Below are positions 62,385 through 64,000 of a stretch of DNA of 64,000 nucleotides, piece after piece. The notes under the pieces are model-generated. The model saw only the letters and a list, made by a program, of their open reading frames with translations. It had not been told where the DNA came from and searched no databases. This DNA is from a virus. The position numbers were made by a program, and so were the translations under genes. Location: IMG/VR virus record IMGVR_UViG_3300046642_000350, positions 3,432-67,431 of that record, one strand, 5' to 3'. Position 1 is the stretch's first letter. Every line of letters starts with the position of its first letter.

Positions 62385-63004
62385 AAATGAAAGAGGCCTT
62401 AGCGGTCGCCGGTAGCCTAGGCTACCCATCCAAGATGCCTGGTACGTCCTACGGCATTAGCGCGCATGCCTGCCTTACAGGCATGAAGCTTGCCCAAATA
62501 GACGGCTCCGTGTGCCACGGATGCTACGCTTTGAAGGGTAATTACCAGTACTCCAGCGTGGCAAAGGCGCACGCCAAACGGCTCGCCGGTATCACGTCCC
62601 CGCTGTGGACGCTGGCTATGGTTACCCTGCTCGAGCGTAGCGGCGAGCGGTGGCACCGCTGGCACGATAGCGGCGATCTGCAGTCGGTCGAGCACCTGAC
62701 GAAAATATGCGCGGTTGCGGCTCTAACGCCACAGATCGCCCACTGGCTGCCAACGCGCGAGCTTGGTATCGTTCAACAATATGTAAAGCAGGGCGGCACC
62801 GTGCCGGATAACTTGACTATCCGGGTATCGGCCGCCATGGTCGACGGGGCCGCAACTAGGGCTTGGCCGATCACAAGCGGGGTGCACCACCACAAGGAAG
62901 CGCAGGGGCACACCTGCCCGGCACCAAAGCAAGGCAATAAATGCGGCAGGTGCCGCGCATGTTGGTCGCGTGACGTTGCGCATGTTTCGTACCACAAACA
63001 CTGA
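62381..63004 (+). CDS. GP88-like Cys-rich phage protein
   Basis: SKMPG, C..G.KL....SVC..CYA.KG.Y, RWHDSGD, HWLPTRE, CPA..Q...C..CRACW. Confidence 0.85.
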   Translation: MKMKEALAVAGSLGYPSKMPGTSYGISAHACLTGMKLAQIDGSVCHGCYALKGNYQYSSVAKAHAKRLAGITSPLWTLAMVTLLERSGERWHRWHDSGDLQSVEHLTKICAVAALTPQIAHWLPTRELGIVQQYVKQGGTVPDNLTIRVSAAMVDGAATRAWPITSGVHHHKEAQGHTCPAPKQGNKCGRCRACWSRDVAHVSYHKH

Positions 63005-63017
63005 AAGGAGCGATCCA

Positions 63018-63197
63018 ATGACCGATGATTTGCGTTGCGACCTACTAACAGCTGCCCATTTTGCATGTACTGATATCCTGGGTGGTGCCTATCTGCTCTA
63101 CTATACCCATACGGACAACCCCTACGAAGTGGACAAAATACGCACTGCCATCGCGAAGCTCATTGAGACGTTCAACGCCGCCTATCCTGAGAGTTAA
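63018..63197 (+). CDS. hypothetical protein
   Basis: TGAAAGGAG RBS. Confidence 0.7.
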   Translation: MTDDLRCDLLTAAHFACTDILGGAYLLYYTHTDNPYEVDKIRTAIAKLIETFNAAYPES

Positions 63198-63200
63198 ATG

Positions 63201-63293
63201 ATGACAACAGATTACAAGCACGGGCTCATTCTGTGGTTCATGTCGGCATACATCACACTTTTGTGCGCGGCGTGTGCCGTTTGGGTCTGGTAA
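63201..63293 (+). CDS. 30-aa hydrophobic peptide, copy 2
   Basis: MTTDYKHGLILWFMSAYITLLCAACAVWVW. Confidence 0.7.
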   Translation: MTTDYKHGLILWFMSAYITLLCAACAVWVW

Positions 63294-63323
63294 ACACTAA
63301 CCCCTTAACAACAGGAGAAGGAC

Positions 63324-63587
63324 ATGAAGGTCGTGGTTCAGGAAGTTGAAAACGAAGGGCTTGCGGCGTTCCTTGGCAAGCCGGTTACGCTGTTCTGTGG
63401 CGTGTACATTTACACGGGTACGCTGGTGGGTATCAACGCAACGTGCGTTAAACTTGATGCCGCTCGCCTTGTCTTTGAGACAGGCGCCTTTGGGGATAAG
63501 CATTGGAAGGATGCTCAAGCACTTCCTACCAACACGTGGTATGTGACGTTGCAGGCAATTGAAAGTTTCGGTTATATCCGCGACTAG
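63324..63587 (+). CDS. small beta-rich protein, possible Sm/LSm-like fold
   Basis: L..FLGK.VTL....Y.YTGTLVG.....V.L..A resembles an Sm1 motif; AGGAG RBS. Confidence 0.7.
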   Translation: MKVVVQEVENEGLAAFLGKPVTLFCGVYIYTGTLVGINATCVKLDAARLVFETGAFGDKHWKDAQALPTNTWYVTLQAIESFGYIRD

Positions 63588-63639
63588 CCCAAGCCCATGC
63601 CGCTTACGAGCGGCATGAACGTGGGAAAGGAGCGTACAC

Positions 63640-63792
63640 ATGATAACAAAACGAACAAAATACAGGTCTAGGTCCTGGTCTAGGTCTGGGTCTAGGTCTG
63701 GGTCTTGGTCTGGGTCTTGGTCTGGGTCTTGGTCTTGGTCTTGGTCTGGGTCTGGGTCTTGGTCTTGGTCTAGGTCTGGAGCGTACGCATGA
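63640..63792 (+). CDS. Ser-(Arg/Trp/Gly) dipeptide-repeat peptide 1 (50 aa)
   Basis: AAAGGAG RBS; MITKRTKYRSRSWSRSGSRSGSWSG...AYA. Confidence 0.6.
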   Translation: MITKRTKYRSRSWSRSGSRSGSWSGSWSGSWSWSWSGSGSWSWSRSGAYA

Positions 63793-64000
63793 GAACAAGA
63801 CAAGCAAAATACAGGGTTTGGTCTGGGTCTTGGTCTGGGTCTAGGTCCTGGTCTAGGTCTGGGTCTTGGTCCTGGTCTTGGTCTGGGTCTTGGTCCTGGT
63901 CTGGGTTTGGGTCTGGGTTTGGGTCTGGGTTTGGGTCTGGGTCCTGGTCTAGGTCTGGGTCCTGGTCTAGGTCTGGGTCCTGGTCTAGGTCTGGGTCCTG
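63664..64000 (+). repeat. hexamer tandem repeat (TCY-DGG)n in two blocks
   Basis: Directly visible TCTAGG/TCTGGG/TCTTGG/TCCTGG units. Confidence 0.95.
63789..64000 (+). CDS. Ser-(Arg/Trp/Gly) dipeptide-repeat peptide 2 (runs off the window)
   Basis: GGAG RBS, ATGA overlap; MRTRQAKYRVWSGSWSGSRSW... Confidence 0.6.
   Translation, partial: MRTRQAKYRVWSGSWSGSRSWSRSGSWSWSWSGSWSWSGFGSGFGSGFGSGSWSRSGSWSRSGSWSRSGS

Noticed and set aside
63297-63807. - strand (DP/DQ)n and (RP)n ORFs
   Set aside because: Antisense to the hexamer repeat; RBSs and gene coupling support the + strand reading

Overview
The window is most of a GC-rich dsDNA tailed phage genome with podovirus-like architecture: portal, scaffold, major capsid, tail adaptors and large ejection-type proteins, but no sheath or tape measure. 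The host is probably an alphaproteobacterium, inferred from a CtrA-like domain, CtrA-box-like sites and a small HiPIP-type ORF. Layout: (1) 1-10.4 kb, + strand, nucleotide metabolism and replication (NDT-like, dNTP diphosphohydrolase-like, Cas4-like nuclease, VRR-NUC, SNF2 helicase, primase/DUF927). (2) 10.5-46.4 kb, - strand, virion and lysis genes, with a block of three glycosyltransferase-like genes, two methyltransferases, a sulfotransferase and three collagen-like paralogues between portal and scaffold. (3) 46.5-49.6 kb, an inverted packaging cassette with TerL. (4) 49.6-57.3 kb, - strand, CtrA-like wHTH, secreted proteins, a large collagen/beta-helix protein and an IPT/TIG protein. (5) 57.4-64 kb, a divergent control region and small early genes. 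I recognised no integrase, DNA polymerase, tRNA or CRISPR array. Main leads: a putative virion glycosylation/methylation/sulfation system acting on Gly-X-Thr fibres; a three-copy covarying RNA leader motif; a CtrA-mimic protein plus CtrA-box-like sites at late operons; an unannotated HiPIP-like ORF; and an Sm-like gene followed by Ser-Arg/Trp/Gly repeat peptides. All family assignments come from visual motif recognition, not database searches.
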